In this document: piece after piece, positions 8,995-18,772 of the stretch | How the letters are laid out: the number at the start of each line of letters is the position of its first letter | How positions within the stretch are numbered: position 1 is the first letter of the stretch | Sequence record: KM411958.1 | Source: Pseudomonas phage RWG | Length of the DNA stretch: 64,000 nucleotides | Direction: 5' to 3' (one strand) | Position numbers and translations under genes: made by a program | The notes under the pieces: model-generated | Told to the model about the DNA's origin: nothing | The model's input: only the letters and a program-made list of their open reading frames with translations | The model's database searches: none

Positions 8995-9521
8995 TGCAAG
9001 CGAGAACCCCGGAGTTCCTGATCTTCAAGAGGGCAGTGAAGGACTGCTTGGATCACTTCCTCTATGCTCCGGTGAGGAAGGCTTTCCAGGAGCGGATGAA
9101 CGAACTGATCATCGCGGATGCTGTAGCCCGAGGTGATGGCATCCGGGCGTTCTGCCATCGTGGACGCAACTTCATGATCCCTGGAGAGAAGCCCAACTTC
9201 CGCTACTTTCCCAGGCTGAGTCGTAGCAACCGAGTACTCGTTGACAGTCTGTTGGCAGAGTACGACCCGGTGTTATCCGACGAGCGTGACTCTGTGCTCA
9301 CGTTCATCAGCCAAGTGCTCAACAAATCTGACGAACCGTCGGAGTACCTCAAGATGTTCCCAAGTGGTTTACGGGAGCCTCTGAAGAAGGCGTACGAGCA
9401 TTTTGGCTTGCCGGTAGATGGGGCGGAATTCCCGACCGAAAGTCCCATAGGTTCAAACCAAGAAGGCTGGGATAAGCTCTGCACCCGCGTTGGATTGAAC
9501 CTTGTACTAGGAGGACTGTGA
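8991..9521 (+). CDS. hypothetical protein
   Basis: ATGA overlap with the upstream gene. 176 aa. Confidence 0.55.
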   Translation: MMQARTPEFLIFKRAVKDCLDHFLYAPVRKAFQERMNELIIADAVARGDGIRAFCHRGRNFMIPGEKPNFRYFPRLSRSNRVLVDSLLAEYDPVLSDERDSVLTFISQVLNKSDEPSEYLKMFPSGLREPLKKAYEHFGLPVDGAEFPTESPIGSNQEGWDKLCTRVGLNLVLGGL

Positions 9522-12136
9522 TGAAGTACATCACCTGGGAAGAACAGGATAGCTACCCTGTGGCTATCCTGATCAAGGAGGCAGCGGTGAGTCGGTCAGC
9601 CGCTGAATCCACCTACATCAAGCAGCTGGAAGGGCTTGGTGTTCCCCGCAAGAATGTCATCGTGCTCTCTTTGGATTACGAGGGCAAGAAGGTATCTGCC
9701 AAGGCGATCAAGGAGTGCATCAAAGATCGTGACCAGCTACTGCGGGATCTCGGAGTACAGTATGCCTACGTGGCTGACTCCAAGTACTTCAAGGAGTGGA
9801 CCAAGCGGAAGACGGACGCCGACTTCGGCAACCTGTCGCCCCCTGCTGGCTACGACCCTGGATACCTGGTGACTCCGGGCGTGAACCATCAGGTGCTGCT
9901 GTTCGATCCGGGTCAGATGCACAAGCTCAGCCGTGGCTTCAAAGCCATCGTTGACCATGCCAATGGTGTGTATCGGCCTGTCGGATCTGACCTGCTGCAC
10001 AATGTCACGTACATCTACCGGGGCCATGTCAGCCAAGCCAGGGAAGCACTGGCCAGGCTCATGGACAAGCCGGAGATATCCTGTGATATCGAGGGCTTCA
10101 GCCTCAGCATGTTCGACTCAGGCATTGCCACCATTGGCTTCGCCTGGAGTGAGCATGATGCTGTACAGATCCAGTGTGACTACAGAGAGATGATCCAGGA
10201 CGAGAACAAGCACCACGGTTATTACGAGCCGAACGCAGAGATGCGGGAAGTGCTCAAGTGGTTCTTCACCGAGTACCCTGGGCGAATCATCTACCACCGT
10301 GCAAACCATGACGTGAAGGTTCTGATCTACACCCTCTTCATGGAGCATGACCTCGACAAAGAGGGTATGCACCGTGGATTGGAGATCATGACTCCACGGA
10401 TGGACGATACCAAGATCATTGCGTATCTAGCACTGAACTCAACCGCTGATGTCAGCTACTCCCTGAAAGACCTGGGGCAGGAACATGCGGGTAACTGGGC
10501 ACAGGACGAGATCAAGGACATCCGGCTGATTCAGCTGGACGATCTCATGAAGTACAACGCGGTGGATGCGGTGACGACCGTATGGGTGAAGAACAAGTAT
10601 TACCCCATCATGGTGCAAGACCAGCAGGAAGCTCTCTACCACGGCCTGTTCAAGGACAGCTTGGACCTGATCATTCAGATGGAACTCGTGGGCATGCCTA
10701 TGAATCCCCGGAAGATCACAGAGGTCAATACTGAACTGAACAATCTGCGGGACGGCTACCACAATACTGTGATGAGCCATCCCGCAGTCGCCAAGGTAGA
10801 GGTGCTGATTCAAACCAGTGAGATGGAGAAGGCCAATGCCAAGCTGAAGACTATCCAGCATCCGCTGAGCAAGTTTTCGCACATTCGGTTCAACCCCAAC
10901 TCTGGCCCGCAAGTGGCTCGTCTGCTGCATGAAGTCCTCGACCTTCCTGTACTGGACGTAACGGCTACCAAGCAGCCCTCCACCAGTGGGGGCACGCTGA
11001 AGAAGCTGCTGAACCACATCAAGGCGGAGCCCTACAAGGATCTAATCCAGGCTCTGATGGACTTGGGTGCCGTGGAAAAGGTCATCTCTGCCTTCATGCC
11101 AGCCTTCAAGGCGGGTCGAATGAAGGCGGACGGAATGATGTACCTACATGGCTCCTTCAACCTTGGAGGAACCATCTCTGGGCGGCTGTCCTCATCCGAT
11201 CCCAACCTGCAAAACCTTCCGGCTGGCTCGACCTATGGCAAGCTGGTGAAGTCTCTCTTCTGTGCACCCCCCGGCTTCCTCTTCGGAGGGGCGGACTTCG
11301 CTGCACTGGAAGACCGGATCAACGCCCTGCTCACTCAAGACCCGAACAAAATCAAGGTGTACACCGATGGCTACGATGGCCACTCGATGCGTACCTTTGC
11401 GTTCTGGCCGGACAAGTGTGATGGGATCGTAGACACGGTTGACTCCATCAACTCGATCCAGAAGGTCTACCCAGACCTGCGAAGCAAAGCCAAGACTCCA
11501 CACTTCCTGCTCCAGTATGGGGGCAGTTGGATGGGTCTGGTGCGGCAGGTAGGTTTCTCGGATGAAGAAGCCCAGGAGATCGAAACCAACTACAACAAGC
11601 TCTATCGCGTAAGCAATGAGTGGGTGGCTGGTGAGATCGACAAAGCAACCAAGACGGGCTACGTGGAACTGGCCTTCAACCTGCGGCTGAGAACGCCGCT
11701 GTTGGGGTCCACCATTCTTGGCTTGAAGGCGACTCCCAAGGAGGCTGCTGCTGAATCCCGCAGTGCGGGTAATGCGGTGTCCGGCCAGTCCTGGGGTCTA
11801 CTGACCAACCGTGCTGCTGTGGAATTCCGCAAGCTGCTACTGGCCAGCCCCTACAAGCTGAAGGTAGAGATCATCTCTCTGATCCACGATGCGATCTACG
11901 TGATGTGGCCAGACGATCCTGATGTCACTGTGTGGGTCAACAACACGCTCTGCAAGTGCATGGCGTGGCAGGAAGACCCCAAGATCAATGACAAGCGGGT
12001 TCCATTGGGGGCTAACCTGGACATCTTCTGGCCCAGTTGGCGTGAAGCCTGCACCCTGGACTACCCCATCACCAAGGAACGCCTCATTGAGCAATGCAGG
12101 GAACATGCTGCTGCTCTCAAGGAGAAGGCCAAGTGA
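9518..12136 (+). CDS. family A DNA polymerase with 3'-5' exonuclease domain
   Basis: Exo motifs CDIEGFSL and YNAVDAV. Pol motif A ADFAALEDR, motif B RSKAKTPHFLLQYGG, motif C LIHDAIYV. Confidence 0.9.
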   Translation: MMKYITWEEQDSYPVAILIKEAAVSRSAAESTYIKQLEGLGVPRKNVIVLSLDYEGKKVSAKAIKECIKDRDQLLRDLGVQYAYVADSKYFKEWTKRKTDADFGNLSPPAGYDPGYLVTPGVNHQVLLFDPGQMHKLSRGFKAIVDHANGVYRPVGSDLLHNVTYIYRGHVSQAREALARLMDKPEISCDIEGFSLSMFDSGIATIGFAWSEHDAVQIQCDYREMIQDENKHHGYYEPNAEMREVLKWFFTEYPGRIIYHRANHDVKVLIYTLFMEHDLDKEGMHRGLEIMTPRMDDTKIIAYLALNSTADVSYSLKDLGQEHAGNWAQDEIKDIRLIQLDDLMKYNAVDAVTTVWVKNKYYPIMVQDQQEALYHGLFKDSLDLIIQMELVGMPMNPRKITEVNTELNNLRDGYHNTVMSHPAVAKVEVLIQTSEMEKANAKLKTIQHPLSKFSHIRFNPNSGPQVARLLHEVLDLPVLDVTATKQPSTSGGTLKKLLNHIKAEPYKDLIQALMDLGAVEKVISAFMPAFKAGRMKADGMMYLHGSFNLGGTISGRLSSSDPNLQNLPAGSTYGKLVKSLFCAPPGFLFGGADFAALEDRINALLTQDPNKIKVYTDGYDGHSMRTFAFWPDKCDGIVDTVDSINSIQKVYPDLRSKAKTPHFLLQYGGSWMGLVRQVGFSDEEAQEIETNYNKLYRVSNEWVAGEIDKATKTGYVELAFNLRLRTPLLGSTILGLKATPKEAAAESRSAGNAVSGQSWGLLTNRAAVEFRKLLLASPYKLKVEIISLIHDAIYVMWPDDPDVTVWVNNTLCKCMAWQEDPKINDKRVPLGANLDIFWPSWREACTLDYPITKERLIEQCREHAAALKEKAK

Positions 12137-12357
12137 CTACTACCTGCTGGGTAAATGACCACGAGATCACCGTGTCGCAAGGCGTAGTAGCCGTGCGTAA
12201 GGACGGTGTGCTCGTCCATGAATGCGGCGGCCTTTGGGCTGCCTGTGACTTTGCGAGAGGTATCAACAGTGCTGAAAGCCCCAGACCCGAGGTCGATGAA
12301 GTACAGGAGACTGTACATGTCGATAGCGACAAATGCGGCCAAGCAGAGTGTAGCTGA
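12133..12357 (+). CDS. possible small Cys-rich ORF (GTG start overlapping the polymerase stop)
   Basis: 75 codons, several Cys. Overlaps the deaminase start. Could instead be non-coding spacer. Confidence 0.25.
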   Translation: MTTTCWVNDHEITVSQGVVAVRKDGVLVHECGGLWAACDFARGINSAESPRPEVDEVQETVHVDSDKCGQAECS

Positions 12358-12787
12358 ACGCCATCAAGTTGGAGGGGTACTGGTCACTACGACCGGTGCC
12401 CTCTTCACTGGGTGGAACGGCACCATGCCTGGAACTGACAACTGCTGTGAGAACGGCGAGTACCTTCGGGAAGAAACCCGCTTCAAAACCACTCCCTACG
12501 GGGTGATCCATGCCGAGCACAACATCTTAGCTTGGGCATCCCGCTCTGGTGTACCCCTGGACAATTCTGTCCTATGGATCACTCGGGCACCTTGCGTACG
12601 CTGTGCAGAAATGATCGCAACTCATGGTGTTCATCTCGTGATGTACCGGGATGATCACGATGAACCCGAGGGGATGACAGTGCTGGCCATGGGCAATGTG
12701 AAAGCCATGAGTTGGAGCACCCTGGACTCCCTTATCACCGAACACGGGGGTCACTACGTTGTCTCGAAAACCCTGCTCGCTAACTGA
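12296..12787 (+). CDS. dCMP (deoxycytidylate) deaminase
   Basis: HAEHNILAW and PCVRCAEMI give the cytidine-deaminase zinc motifs H(A)E...PCxxC. N-terminal YMSIA helix as in T4 Cd. ATG at 12296 with GAGG upstream. Confidence 0.8.
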   Translation: MKYRRLYMSIATNAAKQSVAERHQVGGVLVTTTGALFTGWNGTMPGTDNCCENGEYLREETRFKTTPYGVIHAEHNILAWASRSGVPLDNSVLWITRAPCVRCAEMIATHGVHLVMYRDDHDEPEGMTVLAMGNVKAMSWSTLDSLITEHGGHYVVSKTLLAN

Positions 12788-12959
12788 CCGGAAGTCCTAC
12801 TGGGCTTCCTTCAACCATATGATCAAGCACTTCGGAGGTATCGAAGAAGCTGAGGCTGCTATCGCTTCCGGCAAGGCTGTCTATGGGAAACCAACAGTGC
12901 CCAAGGGTTACATCTTGGGCACCGACATCAAAGGCATGTACGTGCTGCATAAGGAGTAA
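12759..12959 (+). CDS. hypothetical small protein
   Basis: 66-aa ORF overlapping the deaminase end. Start uncertain. Confidence 0.35.
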   Translation: MSRKPCSLTDRKSYWASFNHMIKHFGGIEEAEAAIASGKAVYGKPTVPKGYILGTDIKGMYVLHKE

Positions 12960-12961
12960 TC

Positions 12962-13360
12962 ATGGCGAAGAAAGCCAAACTGAAAGCTGATTGGACTCCA
13001 GGAAAGTTGGGTCATGCGCCTGTCAACGGACGGTATTTCTTCGTCAACCGTGAGACACGCATGACCCACACCTGGACTATCGGTCAACTGCCTGTGCCCG
13101 AAGGGTATGAGCAGGTGACCATGCAAGAATACGACAGCTTCCGTAAGTTCAACGGAACCTTGTCGAAGAAGAAACTCATGGCCTTTATCCGAGGGGAAGC
13201 CAAGTGTTCGAAGGACGCAGGAAAGAAATCCGAGAGCGAATCGAAGCCCGCTGCAAAGTCGAAGACACGGGCTTCATCCTCGACGGTAAGCCAAGTCCCT
13301 GCCACCTCTGGCAAGGCCCGGATTCAGGTACGGGCAGGGGTGGTGGTTACGGTCGCATGA
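12962..13360 (+). CDS. hypothetical protein (C-terminal extent uncertain; overlaps HNH gene)
   Basis: Begins MAKKAKLK. The last ~50 codons overlap the HNH ORF in another frame and look low-complexity. Confidence 0.4.
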   Translation: MAKKAKLKADWTPGKLGHAPVNGRYFFVNRETRMTHTWTIGQLPVPEGYEQVTMQEYDSFRKFNGTLSKKKLMAFIRGEAKCSKDAGKKSESESKPAAKSKTRASSSTVSQVPATSGKARIQVRAGVVVTVA

Positions 13361-13548
13361 GCCTGGACGGCCAGACAGTGGCCGTCCACATCGTCATGTT
13401 CACCAACTACTTCGGCTATGTGCCGGGTAAGAAACAGATCGACCATCTCTGCGGGCAGCGACTGTGCTGCAACCCCGCCCATCTGGAGATGGTCACCCAC
13501 CTCACCAATCAAAAACGTCGCGCTAAACGCGCCAAGTCCAAGGAGTAA
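13204..13548 (+). CDS. HNH homing-type endonuclease
   Basis: CHLWQGPDSGTGRGGGYGRMSLDGQTVAVHIVMF...HLCGQRLCCNPAHLE is a typical HNH_3 zinc-binding core. Confidence 0.75.
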   Translation: MFEGRRKEIRERIEARCKVEDTGFILDGKPSPCHLWQGPDSGTGRGGGYGRMSLDGQTVAVHIVMFTNYFGYVPGKKQIDHLCGQRLCCNPAHLEMVTHLTNQKRRAKRAKSKE

Positions 13549-13551
13549 TCC

Positions 13552-16068
13552 ATGCAGGTAACTCATCAGAAAGACTACGCCACTCACGTTGTGATAGGCG
13601 GCAAGCAAGCAATTTCCATGGGCATCAGTGATGACCCGGCCTTCTTCCAAGTTCTGTCGAGTTCCCTGTACACGGACAAGATCCTTGCCGTTGTTCGGGA
13701 AACTCTCTGCAACGCCTTCGATGCCCACAAGATGGCGGGCATCGAGAAAGAGACTCCGGTCGAGATCACCCTCAAGGACGACGAATTCGTCATCCGTGAC
13801 TTCGGCCCTGGTATACATCCCGACGACGTGGGCACCATTTACGGTGTATACGGCGGCTCCACCAAGAAGCACGACGGCACCCAGACTGGTGGTTTTGGTT
13901 TGGGGTGCAAGTCCCCCTTCGCCTACGTGGACAACTTCCAGGTGACCATTCACCACGAAGGCAAGACCAACGTCTACCGCATGCAGAAAGCCTCCATCCA
14001 GAACGGCGGACGACCGGCGATCACTCCTGTGGTCACGGACATTCCTACCGACCAGACCGGTCTGGAAGTACGGATCAACATCAAGAACGAAGACGTACGT
14101 CGATTCGGTACGCTGATTCGCCGTATCGTGGCCAACGCCGAGATGCTGGCCAACTTCAACGGGGTGAAGCTGCCCACCCTGCCCTTCTCCCAGGTGACCG
14201 AAGACTGGTCCATCGCTACCGAGCAGGTGCTCGAATACAACGGCCACATCATCTGTGTCCGCTATGGTGATGTCATCTATCCTGTAGAGCGGGATGAGTT
14301 CATCGCCGAGGTGTACGATCCTGTGCACAAGTTCGTGAACTCTCTGCCTGGCAACGTCAACGTGCTGGTGCTACAAGCCAAACCGAACTCGGTGTCGATC
14401 ACACCGTCTCGGGAAGCGCTGTCCATGGAAGACCACACCCGCAAGACTCTTCTTCAGCTGCTCAACAAATTCCTCCGTGCAACGCGGAACATCAAAAAGG
14501 AACGCAGCGACATCCTGGCACAGTCCTGCGAAGAACTGGTGCAGGCCAGGAAAGGTGCGATGGTGCAGCCCGAAGAAGTAAATGCTAATCGTGTGCTCGT
14601 GAGTTCCATGCGTGGGTCTAAGCTTTGTACCAAGGGACTCATGTCTACCATGGAAGAGGTTGGCTTGAGCCAGCTGTACCATTCGAATAGCCGGGATGAA
14701 AAGGAGAACTTCAAGACCCTGCTGCAACAGCTTTCCCTCATCGGAAAGCAGCCGCGAAACCAAGGAAACACCCTGTACCCTTCGCTCATCCGGCTGCTGA
14801 AGAAGGTTGGGATGGCAGCTGCCTACCATCACTACGATAGCGCCACCTTCGAGAACCTCACGAAGTTCCGGAAGGATTCCTGGCAGGCCCTGGCAGTACG
14901 CAAGTGGGGCCAGAAGCACCTGGTTTCCAAGCTGTTGCCTCTGATCCACGAAGAAGGGCTGTGCCCCACTCGGCTGATCTGGTACGGCGCTGGTCGTCAC
15001 CTGCACAACGGGGATTCTGTTCGGAACTACAACACCCACAATGGGTATCCGTTGGTTTCGTACTGGTCGAAGAATCCTATGTCCTATGTGCCACTGTTCC
15101 GTCGCTGTATTGTCCTGACGCACAGCCGTCGTGACATCCATAGCCGTGTGGAGGATCTCGACGAGTGGGTAGGTGGTTACAGTGCTGACGACTCTCTCAT
15201 CGCTTACGTGGTTCCGCGTAGCGTGAAGAAGGTGGAGGAAGCCAGGAAAGCCCTGAGTACTCTGAAGGGCTGGGAAGTACTGGACCTGACCAAGGAAGCT
15301 GAGGTAATCGAGTACGACTCGAAGATCAGTGCTGTCCCAGTCGTGTCCAAGCCAAAGAAGAAGGGCTATCCGATGCTCTCGGCTTGTCATAGCAACGGCA
15401 TATTCTCCCTGGAGATGGCACGTACTGAGAACGTAGCTCGGGTGGAGAATCCAGCTTACTACGTACGCCTCAACACCAAGAGCGACTACTACGTGCGTAA
15501 GTGTGTTCGTGGTTTGGACAAGACTTGCTCTGCCTACCTGCTGAAGAACTACGGCAACTTGGGTGCAGTCGTGTACAACGAAACCCAGGAAACCAACATG
15601 GAGAAGAAGGGCATCAAAAGTGCTCGTGACTTCCTCCTGGAAAAGTTCCTGGAAGAGGCGAACAAACCTGAGTTCATCAAGGCTTGCTCGCTGCGCTACG
15701 ACATGCTGGTTCAGGTTACAAAGGATTCGGACCAAGTAGACCTGGTTCGTACCATGATGGCGGTCAAAGAATGTCGTGATGACTTCAAGCTGCCTGAGCC
15801 GGAAACAGCTGATGCTGAGAACTTGCTCAATACCATGTGTGCTATGGACCCCAGGTTCTTCACTGAAGACCAGAAGGTAGCCTTGGGCAAGATAGCGGAA
15901 AAGATCAAGGCTGTTCCGGGCGATAAGAAAGTGCTTGGCATGCTGAAGAAGATCGCAGGAGCACCATTGATTACACTTCTGAACATCTCAGAAGTACGTG
16001 CTGCTTTACGCGATAAGAAGACTGTCGCTTCGACAGTCAAACTACTGAAAACAGCTATTCGTGGCTGA
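13552..16068 (+). CDS. rIIA: rIIA protein (N-terminal GHKL ATPase fold)
   Basis: Colinear with T4 rIIA. [32 protein letters not shown] matches T4 [40 protein letters not shown] matches [25 protein letters not shown] matches [33 protein letters not shown] matches IAPSREALSLDDRTRK. Confidence 0.9.
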   Translation: [838 protein letters not shown]

Positions 16069-16079
16069 AGGAGAAACCA

Positions 16080-17858
16080 ATGAGCAACAAAGTAACTGTC
16101 GTAGGTGCTGTCCTCGACGAAAGGTACCTGACGTTGTACGTGAAGGGTTCTGCTGAGCAGATCCGTATCCCCCAAGGCGATCCCCGTGTCGCCGTCTTCG
16201 TCGAGAAGTACGTCCCCATCCTGAGCCAGGGTGGTGAAGTGGACTACTCCGAAGACCTGCTGGTCATCAACAACGTCTACGAGGCCGCCGAGAAGAAGTC
16301 CGGTGGCATCATGCGGTTCTTCCGCGTGGCGAAGAAGAAGGTCGCAGAGTTCTTCTCGGCAGCTTCCGCATCCGAGCCGGCTGCTCCCGTCGCTCCCGTC
16401 ACCGCTGGCGCGGTTCCTGGCGACTGCGCACCGGACACGGATGCTGGGCAGGGTGTAGGGGAAGAGGTGGCCGAGAAGGTCACCATCAAGGATCCCGTAC
16501 TGGCCAAGGCCGTCGATGACATCCTGGCTCACGCTGTACCGGCATCTGCCCCCAACTTCATGGCTGCGGACCTGGAAGTCCCGTCACCGGATCGCATCGA
16601 AGATGAAGATCCCAGCGACGACGTGGGCGAAGGTGACACCATCATCGCCGTGACCGACCAGGGAACCATCGTACCGGACGCCCAGAAGCTCAAGACCCAG
16701 CTGACCGCAGCTGTTCAGTCGAAAGCCAAGGGCAGCACTGTCGGCATCGAGAACTTCCTCCGCCGGGCTGGTGCTGTATCTGCCAAGCGCCAACACAGCG
16801 TGCAGGATCTGATGCGCTTCATCGAACGTGGGGATCTTCCCATCGCCGATGATGGCTGCATCGTGATCTACAAGCTGCTGTTGAAAGGCGGCCCAGACGG
16901 TCACAAGGAGTTCTCCTACCGTGACATCCACTCGCAGAAGGTACCGCAAGGCGTCAGTACTCTGGTGTGCATGAACGAGTCCCTCGTGGACCCGGATCGC
17001 CGCAACGAGTGCTCGAATGGCTTGCATGTGGCTCGTCGTCAGTACCTGGGCAGCTTCAGCGGAAACGTGTGCGTGCTGGCCAAGGTGGCACCGGAAGACG
17101 TGATCGCCGTTCCGTCCTACGACGCGAACAAGATGCGTGTCCGTGCCTACCACATCCTCTTCGAACTGCCGAACGAAGCCATGGTGGCCCTGAAAGCCAA
17201 CCGCAGCATGACCGACATCAAGGAAGCTTCCCGCATGCTGGGGGCTGCTCTGGCGGGTCAGCACAGCGAACCTGCCTACCATGTGGAGATCACCGGTCAC
17301 CGTGGCTCCAGCATCGTGGTGCACAAGGGTCCGGCGAGCACCAAGAACAAGGTGCAGACGGCTGTTCCGAAGAACGCACCTGAAGCCCGCTCGCTTCCGA
17401 CTACTCCCAATGAAGTCGTCGGCGAGAAGGTAGACGTGCTGGCTGTAGTGGATACTGTCATGCCGGAAACCAAGCAACCGGAACCGGAAGCTCCGTCGCT
17501 GACCAAGGACGTGCCGGTATCTGAGCCGAAGCCTGCCAAGGCCGAGAAGAAATCGAAGAGCCGTGTGCCTGCCCGTAAAGCCAAGAAGCTGAAGTCCGTC
17601 AAGGTGGAAGCCAAGCCCGTGGCTCAGCCTGTCCGGGACACCTTCAAGGCCAAGGGTGAACCCCTGCCGGCTGATAAGAAGACTGCCATGACCCTGCCCG
17701 AACAAGGCAAGGCCCTCTGGGATGCCTTCGTAGCCAGCAAGGGCGACAAGGCGAAAGCTCAGGCTTGCCTGGACTTCAAGAAAGCCAAGAAGAAGGGCTG
17801 GTCCGTTCTCGGTATGCCTGGCGACGCGGCTGACAAGTTGGCCAAGGCGCTGAAGTAA
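16080..17858 (+). CDS. rIIB: rIIB protein with extended basic Lys/Ala/Pro-rich C-terminal tail
   Basis: CSNGLHVARRQYLGSFSGNVCVLAKVAPEDVIAVPSYDANKMRVRAYHIL matches T4 rIIB CSRGLHVCSKSYIRHFGSSTDRVVKVKVHPRDVVSIPIDYNDAKMRTCQYEVV. Immediately downstream of rIIA. Confidence 0.8.
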   Translation: MSNKVTVVGAVLDERYLTLYVKGSAEQIRIPQGDPRVAVFVEKYVPILSQGGEVDYSEDLLVINNVYEAAEKKSGGIMRFFRVAKKKVAEFFSAASASEPAAPVAPVTAGAVPGDCAPDTDAGQGVGEEVAEKVTIKDPVLAKAVDDILAHAVPASAPNFMAADLEVPSPDRIEDEDPSDDVGEGDTIIAVTDQGTIVPDAQKLKTQLTAAVQSKAKGSTVGIENFLRRAGAVSAKRQHSVQDLMRFIERGDLPIADDGCIVIYKLLLKGGPDGHKEFSYRDIHSQKVPQGVSTLVCMNESLVDPDRRNECSNGLHVARRQYLGSFSGNVCVLAKVAPEDVIAVPSYDANKMRVRAYHILFELPNEAMVALKANRSMTDIKEASRMLGAALAGQHSEPAYHVEITGHRGSSIVVHKGPASTKNKVQTAVPKNAPEARSLPTTPNEVVGEKVDVLAVVDTVMPETKQPEPEAPSLTKDVPVSEPKPAKAEKKSKSRVPARKAKKLKSVKVEAKPVAQPVRDTFKAKGEPLPADKKTAMTLPEQGKALWDAFVASKGDKAKAQACLDFKKAKKKGWSVLGMPGDAADKLAKALK

Positions 17859-17861
17859 CAG

Positions 17862-17893
17862 ATCGGGGGAGGCAACTCCCCCTTTCCTTTCTC
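17862..17893 (+). terminator. rho-independent terminator
   Basis: GGGGGAG-gcaac-CTCCCCC followed by TTTCCTTTC. Confidence 0.65.
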
Positions 17894-17905
17894 ACAGGAG
17901 TTACC

Positions 17906-18130
17906 ATGGACTACTACTTGTTGTACCTGGCTTTGGGTGCCGCTTGGTTCTTCATAGCCATCGGCGATGTCTACAAGGTGCCGCTTAACATTGCCTTCAG
18001 CAGGCAGTTCACACCGTCTATCATCGTCTCTCTCAGCTTCTTCCTCACCTTCTTGTTCTACCTGTTCCTGTGGCCTATCGGTGTAATCACCAGCATTTGG
18101 CTACGGATGACCAAGAAGTCAACTACCTGA
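17906..18130 (+). CDS. small membrane protein (2 TM; holin-like candidate)
   Basis: Hydrophobic 74-aa product with a charged C-terminus. GGAG RBS. Confidence 0.5.
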   Translation: MDYYLLYLALGAAWFFIAIGDVYKVPLNIAFSRQFTPSIIVSLSFFLTFLFYLFLWPIGVITSIWLRMTKKSTT

Positions 18131-18213
18131 TGGATACCCGTGTGTTCCAGTAAGGATTGCTTTATCATGGCAACTGGCTGCTATACGGCCTTGAACTTTG
18201 CTGGAGAGTACCA

Positions 18214-18531
18214 ATGCCTTGGAAAAGCGACCCTAACATCTGGGGGGTGCTGAGTGCGATTGCGCTCAGTGTATTGAGTGGGGTGATCAGCCTCACTTCA
18301 CGGATTGCAAAGGGACACCCACCTAAATTTGTGTGGATTGTCTCTGAGCTATCCTCAGCAATACTCGTCGGTTACCTGATCTACGACGTGTACCCTGTAA
18401 TCCAACATCTGCTCTACGAGTGGATGACCATGCCAATCTGCATTGCAGTTGGTGGCCACCTGGGAGGTCGAGTCTTCCAGTGGGTTGAGTTCAAGTACAA
18501 GGAGAAATTCGGCATCCCGGACTCCTACTAA
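18214..18531 (+). CDS. small membrane protein (3 TM; holin/antiholin-like candidate)
   Basis: ATG at 18214 with upstream GGAGAG. Alternative TTG start at 18157. Three hydrophobic segments. Confidence 0.5.
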   Translation: MPWKSDPNIWGVLSAIALSVLSGVISLTSRIAKGHPPKFVWIVSELSSAILVGYLIYDVYPVIQHLLYEWMTMPICIAVGGHLGGRVFQWVEFKYKEKFGIPDSY

Positions 18532-18540
18532 ACCAACCAG

Positions 18541-18570
18541 AAACCCGCTTCGGCGGGTTTTTTATTGCCT
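18541..18570 (+). terminator. strong rho-independent terminator
   Basis: AAACCCGC-ttcg-GCGGGTTTTTTATT. Confidence 0.8.
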
Positions 18571-18580
18571 GGAGGAAACC

Positions 18581-18772
18581 ATGGCTGAGGTAATCACTAC
18601 CGTTTTGGAAATGCCCAACACCGTCATTGCGACGGCTGTCGGTGACAAGATCATGGAAGCTGACGCCTACCGTCACTACCTGGAGTCAATCAACGTTGAT
18701 CCTCGGTTTGTACTAGAAGAGTACATCGCAATGGTTGCGGAAAAGGATCAGGAGGTGTGGAAGCATGTCTAA
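18581..18772 (+). CDS. hypothetical small protein
   Basis: GGAGGAAACC RBS precedes the ATG. 63 aa. Confidence 0.45.
   Translation: MAEVITTVLEMPNTVIATAVGDKIMEADAYRHYLESINVDPRFVLEEYIAMVAEKDQEVWKHV

Noticed and set aside
12206-12295. Longer 193-aa version of the dCMP deaminase starting at 12206
   Set aside because: The conserved N-terminal helix (YMSIA) begins ~10 aa after the ATG at 12296, which has a GAGG RBS. The upstream extension is not deaminase-like, though T4 Cd is 193 aa, so it remains possible.
13324-17705. Minus-strand ORFs of 334, 454 and 373 aa lying inside rIIA and rIIB
   Set aside because: They are antisense shadows of genes whose sense products align residue-by-residue with T4 rIIA and rIIB. 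The products are low-complexity.
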